From Shinella sp. SUS2 (GTDB taxonomy: Bacteria; Pseudomonadota; Alphaproteobacteria; Rhizobiales; Rhizobiaceae), in assembly GCF_001262505.1 (NCBI RefSeq), contig NZ_KQ410724.1, positions 320,848 through 384,847 on the forward strand: 64,000 bases of DNA, written 5' to 3'. Below, piece after piece: positions 31,428-41,340 of the stretch. How positions within the stretch are numbered: the stretch's first letter is position 1; the number at the start of each line of letters is the position of its first letter. The position numbers and the translations under genes were made by a program. A model generated the notes under the pieces. That model ran no database searches, was not told the DNA's origin, and saw only the letters and a program-made list of their open reading frames with translations.

Positions 31428-32573
31428 ATGACGATATTTCTCGATACGATCCTGGGGCGCACACGCGTCCTCGTGAAGGCAAACGAACGGGTGCTCGCCC
31501 TCTACAGGGGAGAAGTCCTCGGCATATTCGGCGCCGGTGAACACAGCCTGCCGAACCGCCGTGGCATGCTGGAGCTGGAACGTCACGACGTGAACCGGCC
31601 GACCTTCGTCTCGGCCTACGAGAAGCCGTTGTTCGATGGGCTCCCGGCGGTCGCGCAGCGCGAGCTGACGGTCTTTCGCACGAATGCCCGCGAGGTGGCT
31701 GTCGTCGAACGTGACGGTGAGCTTCACGCCGTTCTTGCACCGAACCAGAAGCTTGTGGTCTGGAACGCGGCAGGTCCGTGGACGGAGACGCGTGTCGACC
31801 TGGCCGGCGGGCTCGATGTCGATCCGGAGCTGATGCGCCGGTTGACGCGGGCGCGTCGCCTGGAACTCGTCACGGCCTTCCTGGTCAATGACGGGCAGGT
31901 CGGCCTGCTTGTCATCGACGGGACGCACCAGCGCATGCTGGAGCCGGGCGTCCACGCCTTCTGGAATGTCGGCCGGACGATCCAGGTGCGCGTGGTCGAT
32001 CTCAAGCGCCAGTCGCTCGACGTCACCGGTCAGGAGCTGCTCACCCGCGACAAGGTCACGATCCGGGTGAACATCGCTGCCGAATACCGCGTCGTCGAAC
32101 CGCTGAAGGCCGTCTCGGAGGTCAAGGATTTTGCGGATGCCCTCTACCGGGCGCTGCAGTTCGCCTTCCGCCAGACGCTTGGCACGCTGACGCTCGACCA
32201 GATCCTCGAACGCAAGGTGACGGTCCATGCGGAAGCGGCCGAGAAGGTCCGCACCGACATGGCCGCGATCGGGGTCGAGGTCTCGGCCATCGAGCTCAAG
32301 GACGTGATCCTGCCGGGCGAGATGCGCGACATCCTCAACCAGGTTGTCGCCGCTGAAAAGCAGGCCGAGGCCAATGTCATTCGCCGCCGCGAGGAGACGA
32401 ACGCCACCCGTTCGCTCCTCAACACGGCGAAGGTGATGGCGGAGAACCCGGTCATGCTGCGGCTGAAGGAGCTGGAAGCGCTGGAGGCCATCGCCGGCAA
32501 GGTCGAGCGCCTGACGATCCACAACGGAACGGCGGGCCTGATGAACGACCTCGTCCAGCTTCGCGACAAGTAG
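31428..32573 (+). CDS. SPFH/band-7 (slipin-like) domain protein with an N-terminal ~70 aa extension and a long coiled-coil C-terminus
   Basis: AAGGAG SD before the ATG at 31428. Band-7 core (TRDKVTIRVNIAAEYRVV...LDQILERK) plus an Ala/Glu-rich helical tail. The first 62 codons of the track ORF are a likely artefact. Confidence 0.8.
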   Translation: MTIFLDTILGRTRVLVKANERVLALYRGEVLGIFGAGEHSLPNRRGMLELERHDVNRPTFVSAYEKPLFDGLPAVAQRELTVFRTNAREVAVVERDGELHAVLAPNQKLVVWNAAGPWTETRVDLAGGLDVDPELMRRLTRARRLELVTAFLVNDGQVGLLVIDGTHQRMLEPGVHAFWNVGRTIQVRVVDLKRQSLDVTGQELLTRDKVTIRVNIAAEYRVVEPLKAVSEVKDFADALYRALQFAFRQTLGTLTLDQILERKVTVHAEAAEKVRTDMAAIGVEVSAIELKDVILPGEMRDILNQVVAAEKQAEANVIRRREETNATRSLLNTAKVMAENPVMLRLKELEALEAIAGKVERLTIHNGTAGLMNDLVQLRDK

Positions 32574-32716
32574 GGGATCGCCCGGCCGGAAGGCCGGGCG
32601 GTTCCGTTTCGGCGGGTATTCGCTTCCCTCTCTCCATCATCTCCGTGGATAGTCTTTCGTCTCCCTCGCCAAGCCTTTCCGGCAATGCTTTCATGGTGTC
32701 GGAAAGGGCCGCCCGC

Positions 32717-33229
32717 ATGATCGCCGTTCGCAATGCCCGTGAGGACGATGTTCCCGCTCTCGTCGAAATCGGCGTTCGGGCCTGGGAACAGGCCGTCGTC
32801 GGCGTCGCCGACCTGCAGGTGCGGCGCGACTATGCCCGCAACGCCTTCCAGCAGTTCCTTGCCCGCCACTGGTTGCGGGTGAGCGTCGCTGAAACCGAGG
32901 GCCGGACGGCCGGATGGGCGGCGCGCGAGGCGCTGGACGACGAGATCAGCGACCTCTGGATCGACCCGCCACAGCAGAAGAAGGGGCTCGGCTCCGCCTT
33001 GCTCTCCGCCATGGAGGCGGAGATCGTCGCAGCGGGTTTCGAGGCGGCGCGGTTGCAGACGCATGCCCGCAACACGGCCGCCGTCGGCTTCTTCCAGAAG
33101 CACGGCTATAGCGTGAACTGGCTGTCTATCGACTATTCCGAACGCCTCGACCGCGATGTCGAGTCGGTCGGCCTGCGCCGGCAGCTCGTTGCGGACGAGC
33201 CGCCCGGCTACGGGCCGGGCGGGTTCTGA
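32717..33229 (+). CDS. GNAT family N-acetyltransferase
   Basis: 170 aa from MIAVRNAREDDVPAL. Motif QQKKGLGSALLSAME. Confidence 0.7.
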   Translation: MIAVRNAREDDVPALVEIGVRAWEQAVVGVADLQVRRDYARNAFQQFLARHWLRVSVAETEGRTAGWAAREALDDEISDLWIDPPQQKKGLGSALLSAMEAEIVAAGFEAARLQTHARNTAAVGFFQKHGYSVNWLSIDYSERLDRDVESVGLRRQLVADEPPGYGPGGF

Positions 33230-33263
33230 GGGGAGGCGGGCTTTCGCCGCGCCTCCCGCCGGT

Positions 33264-33521
33264 TCACTGGTTGTCCAGCTGGGCCCGCACCAGCTCCAGG
33301 CCGCGTTGCGTGATGCGGTAGGGCCTGCCGCCGGAGGAGGCGATGCACCGCCGGCGCTTCAGTTTCCGGAAGAGGTCGATGTCGAGGCCGCTCGCTCGCC
33401 AGCCGTCCCGCGTGATGCAGGCGACCGTCATGACCTTCCGGTTGTCGTCTTTTTCGATGTCGATCCTGCCGCCCTGGGCGAGCAGATGGAGAATGCGCTG
33501 TTCGGCGCGCGAAATGTCCAT
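33264..33521 (-). CDS. UPF0386 / YjhX (TopAI) family protein, a putative topoisomerase I-inhibitor toxin homolog
   Basis: 85 aa, MDISRAEQRILHLLAQGGRI...KLKRRRCIASSGGRPYRITQRGLELVRAQLDNQ. It is collinear with, and the same length as, E. coli YjhX as recalled. Confidence 0.75.
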   Translation of the reverse strand: MDISRAEQRILHLLAQGGRIDIEKDDNRKVMTVACITRDGWRASGLDIDLFRKLKRRRCIASSGGRPYRITQRGLELVRAQLDNQ

Positions 33522-33714
33522 TGTCTTGAGAATCCGTCCGGCGTTCGAATGAACGCGAAAAAACGTTCCGCCACCTACGAGGTGGCAGGGCTCATCGTTT
33601 TTCCAGACCCTGCGCGCAAGCTGTCGCGGGCAGGGTCTTCAGCAGGTCTCAGACGAGTTAGACATCAAAACTCCATTTGCGGATGCCCCGGAATAGCCGG
33701 GGCATCCGCAAAGG

Positions 33715-34617
33715 TCAATGCATCGGCCAGATCAGGGAATGGTGCAGGAAGACGGCAGTCTTCACGCCGTTGGCCGAGGCGAGCGAGATGTTGGCCGCCC
33801 CGAGCGCGATGTCGCCGGCTGCATAGAGGCCGGGCAGGGAGGTCTGGCCCGTGTCGTCTGTGTGGAGGATGCTGCCGATCGGCGTTTCCTTCAGCGTCAG
33901 GCCGCGCCCGGCCGGGATGGTGCTGCGCACCCGCGCCTCCGGCATCACGAAGAGCGCCTTCACGAGGGTCGGGATGCCCGGCCCGGTTTCGACGGACAAG
34001 AGGCCATCCGGCCCGTCGGCGATGGCGGTGACGCGGCCCGGCCGGAGCTTCACATTGCGCTCGGCGAGCACGGCAAGGGCCGCGTCGTCCGGCTCCGGCG
34101 CCATGTTGGTAAAGAGCGTGACATTGCCCCAGTCGGCGACCACCGCCGCAAAGCGCGCCGCCTCGGCCGTGCGCGCCAGCACGCCGACCGGTCCACCGCC
34201 CACCTCGTAGCCATGGCAATAGGGGCAATGCAGCACCGTCTTGCCCCAGCGCTCGGCAAGGCCCGGGATATCGGGCAACTGGTCCTCGAAGCCGGTGGCA
34301 AGCAGCACGCGGCGCGCCGCAATCCGCCCGTCGTCGCCGGTGACGACGGAGAAGGCGTCCTTCTCCCCGTCCAGCCGTTCGGCCGGCACGTCACGGAAGG
34401 TGACCGTCGCGTAGGCGGCCAGCTGTCGGCGGGCATCGGCAAGGATGTCGCGGCCCGGCCGGCCGTCCTGGGCGAGGAAGCCGTGCGAATGGGCGGCGAA
34501 GCGGTTGCGCGGCTCGCCGGTGTCGAGAATGGTGATGCGGCGCCGGGCGCGGGCAAGCTGCAGGGCGGCGGAAAGGCCGGCAAAGCCCCCGCCGATGATG
34601 ATGGCATCTTCGGTCAT
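33715..34617 (-). CDS. FAD-dependent pyridine nucleotide-disulfide oxidoreductase (thioredoxin reductase-like)
   Basis: IIGGGFAGLSAA dinucleotide fold, a redox-active CPYCHGYE pair, and a C-terminal GDIALGAAN motif. Confidence 0.75.
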   Translation of the reverse strand: MTEDAIIIGGGFAGLSAALQLARARRRITILDTGEPRNRFAAHSHGFLAQDGRPGRDILADARRQLAAYATVTFRDVPAERLDGEKDAFSVVTGDDGRIAARRVLLATGFEDQLPDIPGLAERWGKTVLHCPYCHGYEVGGGPVGVLARTAEAARFAAVVADWGNVTLFTNMAPEPDDAALAVLAERNVKLRPGRVTAIADGPDGLLSVETGPGIPTLVKALFVMPEARVRSTIPAGRGLTLKETPIGSILHTDDTGQTSLPGLYAAGDIALGAANISLASANGVKTAVFLHHSLIWPMH

Positions 34618-34703
34618 GGTTCATCCTTTCTGTGGAGCGCGCGGCATCGTTCGCCCGATGGGTATCGGTCGTTCGATGCGGAGTATCGGGAAGGCGTTCC
34701 CGT

Positions 34704-35147
34704 TTAGCCGGTATCGGTCCGACGGCGTTTCGCCGCCACCCGGTAATCGGCGGCGAGGTCGGCAAGCGTCGTGCCGGCGAAGCGCGCCATCAGGATCGCC
34801 TCGGCGTCCTTCAGCGCGTCACCGATCACCCGGTTGACGGATTGCTCGATCACGCAGCCCGGCATTTCCGTCGCCGGGCCGATCTGGAAGACGATCGGCT
34901 CGCCGAGCGCGTTGTAGATGTCGAGCAGCGAGATGTCCGCAAGCGGCCGGGCAAATTGCCAGCCGCCGCCATGGCCGCGGCCGGATTGCACGATACCGGC
35001 GTCGCGAAGGCCTGCCATGGTGCGCCGGACGACGACGGCATTGGTGTCGAGGCAGAGTGCAAGGTCGTCCGAGGTCATCGGCGCCTCGCGTTCGGCCATG
35101 TGCATGAGTGCGTGGAGCACGGCGGAAAGACGGCTGTTTCTTTTCAT
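34704..35147 (-). CDS. Rrf2 family transcriptional regulator
   Basis: wHTH (RLSAVLHALMHMA...SDDLALCLDTNAVVVRRTMAGLRDAGIV). The start at MKRNSRL (35147) lies upstream of the TrxR-like gene. Confidence 0.8.
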   Translation of the reverse strand: MKRNSRLSAVLHALMHMAEREAPMTSDDLALCLDTNAVVVRRTMAGLRDAGIVQSGRGHGGGWQFARPLADISLLDIYNALGEPIVFQIGPATEMPGCVIEQSVNRVIGDALKDAEAILMARFAGTTLADLAADYRVAAKRRRTDTG

Positions 35148-35202
35148 GTAACAATAATAGTTACGAATCTTGCTTTCTGTCAACATGCCGGCGATGCAGG
35201 TG

Positions 35203-35508
35203 TCAGCCGGCGCGCAGTGTGCGGACGAGGGCAGGGCCGAAAATCAGCGCCGCCGGCACGAGCGCCGCGTGCAGAATCAGGATCGCCATCAGCTGCGTGC
35301 GAAAGGGCTCCTTGCGCGTCTTGTGCCGCAGCAGCTGTTGCGCGGCGACGGCGCCGAGGCTGCCGCCGAAGAGGGCGAACTGCAGCAGCCGCGCTTCGGA
35401 AACGCGCCAATGGCCGTCACGCGCGGCCTCCTTGTCCCACCAGTAGAGGCAGAACGTCACGACGTTGAGGAGAAGGAAGATGATGAGAAGCGTTGTCGTC
35501 GTACCCAT
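35203..35508 (-). CDS. DUF1294 family membrane protein
   Basis: Motifs [15 protein letters not shown] and RHKTRKEPF, with two TM helices. Confidence 0.7.
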   Translation of the reverse strand: MGTTTTLLIIFLLLNVVTFCLYWWDKEAARDGHWRVSEARLLQFALFGGSLGAVAAQQLLRHKTRKEPFRTQLMAILILHAALVPAALIFGPALVRTLRAG

Positions 35509-35637
35509 GGCATCAGTTTAGTCGATCATCCTTGCGGCTTGGCTAACGAGGGTCGGCCTCATGCGCTGAAAACCTTGCACCGCCTGCCCATATGTTCTAC
35601 CGAGACAGCACCGAAGACACCACAGCAAGAGCCGAAA

Positions 35638-37140
35638 ATGACCCTCGTCGACGTCCGTACCCCCGATCCGAAACGCTTCATCCCCGGCGCCACCGGCGAT
35701 TGGGAAGTCATCATCGGCATGGAGGTGCACGCGCAGGTCCTTTCGAATTCGAAACTGTTCTCCGGCGCCTCCACCGAATTCGGCAAGGCGCCGAATGCCA
35801 ACGTCTCGCTCGTCGATGCGGCCATGCCCGGCATGCTGCCTGTGATCAACGAGGAATGCGTCCGGCAGGCCGTGCGCACCGGCCTCGGCCTCAAGGCGCA
35901 GATCAACCACCGCTCGATCTTCGACCGCAAGAACTACTTCTATCCGGACCTGCCGCAGGGCTACCAGATCTCGCAGTTCAAGGACCCGATCGTCGGCGAG
36001 GGCAAGATCGTCATCTCGCTCGGCCCCGACCGCCAGGGCAATTTTGAAGACATCGAGATCGGCATCGAGCGCCTGCACCTGGAGCAGGACGCCGGCAAGT
36101 CGATGCACGACCAGCATCCGACCATGTCCTATGTCGACCTCAACCGTTCGGGCGTCGCGCTGATGGAGATCGTCTCCAAGCCGGACATGCGCTCGTCGGA
36201 CGAGGCCAAGGCCTATATGACGAAGCTGCGCTCCATCGTGCGCTATCTCGGCACCTGCGACGGCAACATGGACGAGGGCTCCATGCGCGCCGACGTCAAC
36301 GTCTCCGTGCGCCGCCCCGGCGAAGGTTTCGGCACGCGCTGCGAGATCAAGAACGTCAACTCCATCCGCTTCATCGGCCAGGCGATCGAATACGAAGCCC
36401 GCCGCCAGATCGGCATTCTGGAGGATGGCGGTTCGATCGACCAGGAAACCCGCCTCTTCGATCCCGGCAAGGGCGAGACGCGCTCCATGCGCTCGAAGGA
36501 AGACGCGCACGACTACCGCTACTTCCCCGATCCGGACCTGCTGCCGCTGGAGTTCGACAACGAATTCGTCGGCAAGCTGCTCGCCGACCTGCCGGAACTG
36601 CCCGACGACAAGAAGATCCGCTTCGTCAAGGATCTCGGCCTTTCGGTCTACGACGCCTCGGTGCTCGTCTCGGAGAAGGCGATCGCCGACTATTACGAGG
36701 CCGTGGCTGCCGGCCGCGACGGCAAGACGGCCGCCAACTGGGTCATCAACGACTTGCTCGGTGCCTTGAACAAGGACGGCAAAGCCATTGAAGAGACTCC
36801 GGTTTCGCCCGCCCAGCTCGGCGGCATCATCGATCTCATCAAGGACGGCACCATCTCCGGCAAGATCGCCAAGGACCTCTTTGAAATCGTCTGGACCGAA
36901 GGCGGCAACCCGGCCGATATCGTCGAATCCCGCGGCATGAAGCAGGTAACGGACACCGGCGCCATCGAGAAGGCCGTCGATGAAATCATCGCCGCCAATC
37001 CCGATCAGGTCGCCAAGGTTCTCGCCAAGCCGACGCTTGCCGGCTGGTTCGTCGGCCAGGTGATGAAGGCGACGGGCGGCAAGGCCAACCCGCAAGCCGT
37101 GCAGGCCCTCGTCAAGGCCAAGCTGGGCATCGAGGACTAG
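35638..37140 (+). CDS. gatB: Asp-tRNA(Asn)/Glu-tRNA(Gln) amidotransferase subunit B
   Basis: 500 aa from [14 protein letters not shown]. Motifs GMEVHAQVL and [15 protein letters not shown]. Confidence 0.93.
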   Translation: MTLVDVRTPDPKRFIPGATGDWEVIIGMEVHAQVLSNSKLFSGASTEFGKAPNANVSLVDAAMPGMLPVINEECVRQAVRTGLGLKAQINHRSIFDRKNYFYPDLPQGYQISQFKDPIVGEGKIVISLGPDRQGNFEDIEIGIERLHLEQDAGKSMHDQHPTMSYVDLNRSGVALMEIVSKPDMRSSDEAKAYMTKLRSIVRYLGTCDGNMDEGSMRADVNVSVRRPGEGFGTRCEIKNVNSIRFIGQAIEYEARRQIGILEDGGSIDQETRLFDPGKGETRSMRSKEDAHDYRYFPDPDLLPLEFDNEFVGKLLADLPELPDDKKIRFVKDLGLSVYDASVLVSEKAIADYYEAVAAGRDGKTAANWVINDLLGALNKDGKAIEETPVSPAQLGGIIDLIKDGTISGKIAKDLFEIVWTEGGNPADIVESRGMKQVTDTGAIEKAVDEIIAANPDQVAKVLAKPTLAGWFVGQVMKATGGKANPQAVQALVKAKLGIED

Positions 37141-37208
37141 GAAGCAATTCCAGGAAAAGTGTGAAGCGGTTTTCCGTCTGGAACTGCTTCAAAACAAAGG
37201 AACTTCCC

Positions 37209-37709
37209 ATGTTCTTCGTCCGCACGGCCTCCGAACGCGACCTGGCGAAGGTCAGCGCGCTTCTGGCCGAGACGTGGCACGCCACCTATGACGCGCTCTA
37301 CGGCGCGGACAAGGTGCGCGAGATTACCGCGCGCTGGCATTCCGTGCCGGCGCTGAAGGCCCGGCTGGAGCGCAAGGACAGCGAGTTCGTCGTCGCCGAC
37401 AACGGCAAGGAGCTTGCCGGCATGGGCTATGTCGCCATGGCGAAGGATCGGCCGAAGGTGGCGTTCCTGCACCAGCTCTACGTGCTGCCGCGCTATCAGC
37501 GCCAGGGCATCGGCCGCGACATGTTCGCGGAACTCGAAACCTGCTTCCCGGATGCCACGACGATGCTGCTGGAGGTCGACCCGCGCAACGATGCGGCGGT
37601 CGCCTTCTACTACGCGCACGGCTTTGCCAAGGTCGGCGAGGCGCAGCACACCGCGGACAACATCTCCGGCGTGCCGCTGGATGTCTATGAGAAGCCGCTC
37701 GGCGGCTGA
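37209..37709 (+). CDS. GNAT family N-acetyltransferase
   Basis: AAGGAA SD before MFFVRTASERD. Motif QRQGIGRDMFAELE. Confidence 0.7.
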   Translation: MFFVRTASERDLAKVSALLAETWHATYDALYGADKVREITARWHSVPALKARLERKDSEFVVADNGKELAGMGYVAMAKDRPKVAFLHQLYVLPRYQRQGIGRDMFAELETCFPDATTMLLEVDPRNDAAVAFYYAHGFAKVGEAQHTADNISGVPLDVYEKPLGG

Positions 37710-37862
37710 TCCGCGGCGAAAAGCCGTGGGCGAAGGGGCGGGAATCGCTGGACATTCCAGCGCTGCCGCGCCATAAGCGGAAGAAAGATCGCCCGCTTTC
37801 TGCGGGCGGCCCAACAGTCTCGGGCCGCGCTTCCGGCACGGCCCTGCCAAGGACGCCAGCCC

Positions 37863-38261
37863 ATGAACCTTCTCAAGCAGATTTTTACCTGGTGGAACGG
37901 TCAGACGATCGGCACCCGTTTTCACACCTGGCGCTTCGGCACCCGGGTCGGCCAGGACGAACTCGGCAATGTCTACTACCAGGGCGGCGCGAAGGATTCC
38001 GAAGGGCGCACGCGCCGCTGGGTGATCTACAACGGTTATGCCGAAGCCTCCGCCATCCCGCCGGGCTGGCACGGCTGGATGCACCATCGCACCGATGTTT
38101 CCCCGGCCGATGAAAAGTATCAGGCCCGCGACTGGGAAAAGCCGCACCGCCAGAACCCGACCGGCACCGCCCAGGCCTATCGTCCGCCGGGCTCGCTTGC
38201 CGCCGCCGGCGAACGTCCGCGCGTGACGGGCGACTACGACGCCTGGACGCCGGGCAACTGA
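37863..38261 (+). CDS. NDUFA12-like (NADH:ubiquinone oxidoreductase 17.2 kDa subunit family) protein
   Basis: Motifs FTWWNGQTIGTRF, GNVYYQG, RRWVIYNG and IPPGWHGWMHH. Confidence 0.8.
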   Translation: MNLLKQIFTWWNGQTIGTRFHTWRFGTRVGQDELGNVYYQGGAKDSEGRTRRWVIYNGYAEASAIPPGWHGWMHHRTDVSPADEKYQARDWEKPHRQNPTGTAQAYRPPGSLAAAGERPRVTGDYDAWTPGN

Positions 38262-38337
38262 TACCGATTTGGCCACATTTCGCCGCTAGCTCCAAGCGAC
38301 CGGCGAACGCCGGAGCGGTTCGCAGGAGACGGCATTC

Positions 38338-38793
38338 ATGACATCAGGGTTTTTCTCGGCAAACGCCGGACGGCGGCTTCTTGTCGCCGCGCTTGCCGTG
38401 GCCGCCGCAGGCGCGGCGCTGTTGCCTGTGGCTGCTGAAGCCGCCCGCGTCGAGAACCCGGTCGCCGTCTTCTCCGGCATCGACAAGATCACTGGCCGCA
38501 TCACCAATTTCGACGTCTATATCGGCGAGACCGTGCAGTTCGGCGCGCTCCAGGTGACACCGAAGGTCTGCTACAGCCGCGACGACACCGAGGCACAGAA
38601 GGTGACGTCCTTCGTCGAGGTCGACGAGATCACTCTCGACCGCAAGATCCGTCGCATCTTCACCGGCTGGATGTTTGCCGACAGCCCCGGTCTCAACGCC
38701 GTCGAACACGCCGTCTACGACGTGTGGCTGACCGAGTGCAAGGCGAAGTCTGACGTGCCGCCGCCGGAAGACGCGAAGGCGAAGACCCAGTAA
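38338..38793 (+). CDS. DUF2155 family exported protein
   Basis: Signal peptide, and a typical position next to the NDUFA12-like gene in alphaproteobacteria. Confidence 0.6.
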   Translation: MTSGFFSANAGRRLLVAALAVAAAGAALLPVAAEAARVENPVAVFSGIDKITGRITNFDVYIGETVQFGALQVTPKVCYSRDDTEAQKVTSFVEVDEITLDRKIRRIFTGWMFADSPGLNAVEHAVYDVWLTECKAKSDVPPPEDAKAKTQ

Positions 38794-38863
38794 ATCGCTC
38801 TCCAGGGACGTTTTGCCTGCCCTCGTGGATCCCCGGGCCAAGCCCCGCGCCACATCTTCTCCG

Positions 38864-39478
38864 TCAAAACGGCAAATGCGGCGACGCCAGCGCGTTGGCC
38901 AGCATGTCCTCATATTCGATCTTCGGCACATCGATCGCGCCGAATGTCTTCAGGTGCTCGGTGGTGAACTGCGTGTCGAGCAGGCGGAAACCGTTTTTCT
39001 TCAACCGCTCCACCAGATGCACCAGACAGATCTTCGAGGCGTCCGTGCGCCGCGAAAACATGCTCTCGCCGAAAAAGGCCGCGCCGAGCGAGACGCCGTA
39101 GAGGCCGCCGACGAGTTTTTCCCCCTCCCATGCTTCCACGGAATGGGCATGGCCCATGCGGTGTAGCGTGCCGTAGAGCGACTTGATCTTCGTGTTGATC
39201 CAGGTGGAGGGCCGATCGGGCGCGGCCTCGGCGCAGGCGGCCAGCACCGCGTCGAACGCGGTGTCGAAACGGATGTCGAAGGGCTTTTTGCGGATCGTCT
39301 TGGCGAGGCTGCGCGAGACGTGGAACGTATCGAGCGGGATGACGCCCCGCATATCCGGCTCGACCCAGAAGAGTTCCGGGTCGTCGGCCGAATCAGCCAT
39401 CGGGAAAAGCCCGATGGAGTAGGCGCGTAGAAGCAGGTCCGGGTTGATTTCCGGGTGCCGGCTGCGTCGCCCTGCCAT
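38864..39478 (-). CDS. aat: Leucyl/phenylalanyl-tRNA--protein transferase
   Basis: Motifs [26 protein letters not shown] and [10 protein letters not shown]. Confidence 0.9.
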   Translation of the reverse strand: MAGRRSRHPEINPDLLLRAYSIGLFPMADSADDPELFWVEPDMRGVIPLDTFHVSRSLAKTIRKKPFDIRFDTAFDAVLAACAEAAPDRPSTWINTKIKSLYGTLHRMGHAHSVEAWEGEKLVGGLYGVSLGAAFFGESMFSRRTDASKICLVHLVERLKKNGFRLLDTQFTTEHLKTFGAIDVPKIEYEDMLANALASPHLPF

Positions 39479-39490
39479 GACCGACGCCCC

Positions 39491-40837
39491 TCAGGCGTCG
39501 GTTTTGCCGGCCAGATAATTCTCCAGCCAGTGGATGTCGTAATCGCCGTTGGCGATGTCCTGATTGGCGATCAGGTCCTGGAAGAGCGGCAGCGTCGTCT
39601 TGATGCCGTCGATGACGAACTCGTCCAGAACGCGCCGCAGGCGCATCATGCATTCGACGCGGGTGCGGCCGTGCACAATGAGCTTGCCGATCAGGCTGTC
39701 GTAGTAGGGCGGGATGCGGTAGCCCTGATAGGCGCCCGAATCGACGCGCACGCCAAGGCCGCCCGGCGCGTGGAAATGCGTGATCGTACCCGGCGAGGGA
39801 ACGAAGGTGCGCGGATCCTCGGCATTGATACGGCACTCGATGGCATGGCCGGAGAAGACGATGTCTTCCTGGCTCACCGAAAGGCCGGCGCCGGAGGCGA
39901 CGCGGATCTGCTCGTGTACGAGGTCGATGCCGGTGATCGCTTCGGTGATCGGGTGCTCCACCTGAAGGCGGGTGTTCATCTCGATGAAATAGAACTCGCC
40001 GTTCTCGTAGAGGAACTCGACCGTGCCGGCGCCGCGGTATTTCAGCTTCTTCATGGCGTCGGCGCAGACCTGGCCGATCTTCATGCGCTGCTCGACGTTG
40101 AGGGCCGGAGAGTTGGCCTCTTCCCAGACCTTCTGGTGGCGGCGCTGCAACGAGCAGTCGCGCTCGCCGAGATGCACGGCATTGCCCATGCCGTCGCCGA
40201 CGACCTGGATTTCGATATGGCGCGGCTTGCCGAGGTATTTTTCCATGTAGACGGCGTCGTTGCCGAAGGCAGCGAGCGCCTCGGAGCGGGCCGTCGAGAC
40301 GGCTTCTTCAAGGTCCGCCTCGGTCTTGGCGACCTTCATGCCGCGGCCACCGCCACCGGCGGTCGCCTTGATGAGCACGGGAAAGCCGATCTGGCGGGCG
40401 ACTTCGAGCGCGTTTTCCGGCTTCACCTCACCGTCGGAGCCAGGAACGACGGGGATGCCGAGTTCCTGCGCCGTCTGCTTGGCGGTGATCTTGTCGCCCA
40501 TGATGCGGATGTGCTCCGCCGTCGGGCCGATGAAGGTGATGCCGTGCGCATCGAGGATTTCCGCGAACTTGGCGTTTTCAGACAGGAAGCCGTAGCCGGG
40601 ATGCACCGCGTCGGCGCCGGTGATCTCGCAGGCGGCGACGATCTGGTGGATGTTCAGATAGCTCTCGCGCGACGGGGGCGGGCCGATGCACACGCTCTCG
40701 TCGGCGAGGCGCACATGCATGGCATCGGCATCCGCCGTCGAATGCACGGCGACCGTGGCGATGCCGAGCTCCTTGCACGCCCGAAGGACGCGAAGGGCGA
40801 TTTCGCCGCGGTTGGCAATGAGGACTTTGGAGATCAT
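39491..40837 (-). CDS. accC: Acetyl-CoA carboxylase biotin carboxylase subunit
   Basis: ATP-grasp motifs from [17 protein letters not shown] onward; 448 aa. Confidence 0.95.
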   Translation of the reverse strand: MISKVLIANRGEIALRVLRACKELGIATVAVHSTADADAMHVRLADESVCIGPPPSRESYLNIHQIVAACEITGADAVHPGYGFLSENAKFAEILDAHGITFIGPTAEHIRIMGDKITAKQTAQELGIPVVPGSDGEVKPENALEVARQIGFPVLIKATAGGGGRGMKVAKTEADLEEAVSTARSEALAAFGNDAVYMEKYLGKPRHIEIQVVGDGMGNAVHLGERDCSLQRRHQKVWEEANSPALNVEQRMKIGQVCADAMKKLKYRGAGTVEFLYENGEFYFIEMNTRLQVEHPITEAITGIDLVHEQIRVASGAGLSVSQEDIVFSGHAIECRINAEDPRTFVPSPGTITHFHAPGGLGVRVDSGAYQGYRIPPYYDSLIGKLIVHGRTRVECMMRLRRVLDEFVIDGIKTTLPLFQDLIANQDIANGDYDIHWLENYLAGKTDA

Positions 40838-40847
40838 GGGGGCCGCC

Positions 40848-41318
40848 TTATTCGATGATGACAAGCGGTTCGCCGTATTCGACCGGGCTTGCATCCGAGA
40901 CGAGGATTTCGGTGACCTTGCCGGAGCGCGGCGCCGGGATCTGGTTCATCGTCTTCATGGCTTCGATGATGAGGATGGTCTGGCCTTCCTTGACCGTGGC
41001 GCCGACCTCGATAAAAGCACGGGCGCCCGGAGCAGGCGACAGATAGGCCGTACCGACCATCGGCGCCGTGACGGCGTTCTTGTTGTTACGGGCGTCGGCA
41101 ACGGGGGCTGCGCCAGCCGTGGCTGCGACGGCCGGTGCGGCATAGGCGGCAGCCGGTGCAGCGATCGGTGCCTGGACATATTGCGGCGTGCCGGCGCGCG
41201 AGACGCGGATGCGCAGGTCGTCCTGCTCCACTTCGATCTCGGTGAGGTCTGTCTCGTTGAGGATGTTGGCGAGATCGCGGATGAGCGTCTGATCGATGCC
41301 GTGTTTCTTGTCAGCCAT
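40848..41318 (-). CDS. accB: Acetyl-CoA carboxylase biotin carboxyl carrier protein
   Basis: Biotinyl-lysine motif EAMKTMNQI. Confidence 0.93.
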   Translation of the reverse strand: MADKKHGIDQTLIRDLANILNETDLTEIEVEQDDLRIRVSRAGTPQYVQAPIAAPAAAYAAPAVAATAGAAPVADARNNKNAVTAPMVGTAYLSPAPGARAFIEVGATVKEGQTILIIEAMKTMNQIPAPRSGKVTEILVSDASPVEYGEPLVIIE

Positions 41319-41340
41319 GGAAATGAGCCTCTTGTTTTTC

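Noticed and set aside
30841-31430. Two-piece (permuted) alphaproteobacterial tmRNA hypothesis for the tRNA-like region
   Set aside because: The G3:U70 pair and tRNA-like T arm made this attractive. However, I found no resume codon or ANDN-type tag reading frame ending in AA-stop on either strand, and the element has a full D arm and anticodon-like arm, unlike a tmRNA TLD.
35518-37095. 525-codon minus ORF
   Set aside because: It is antisense to gatB.
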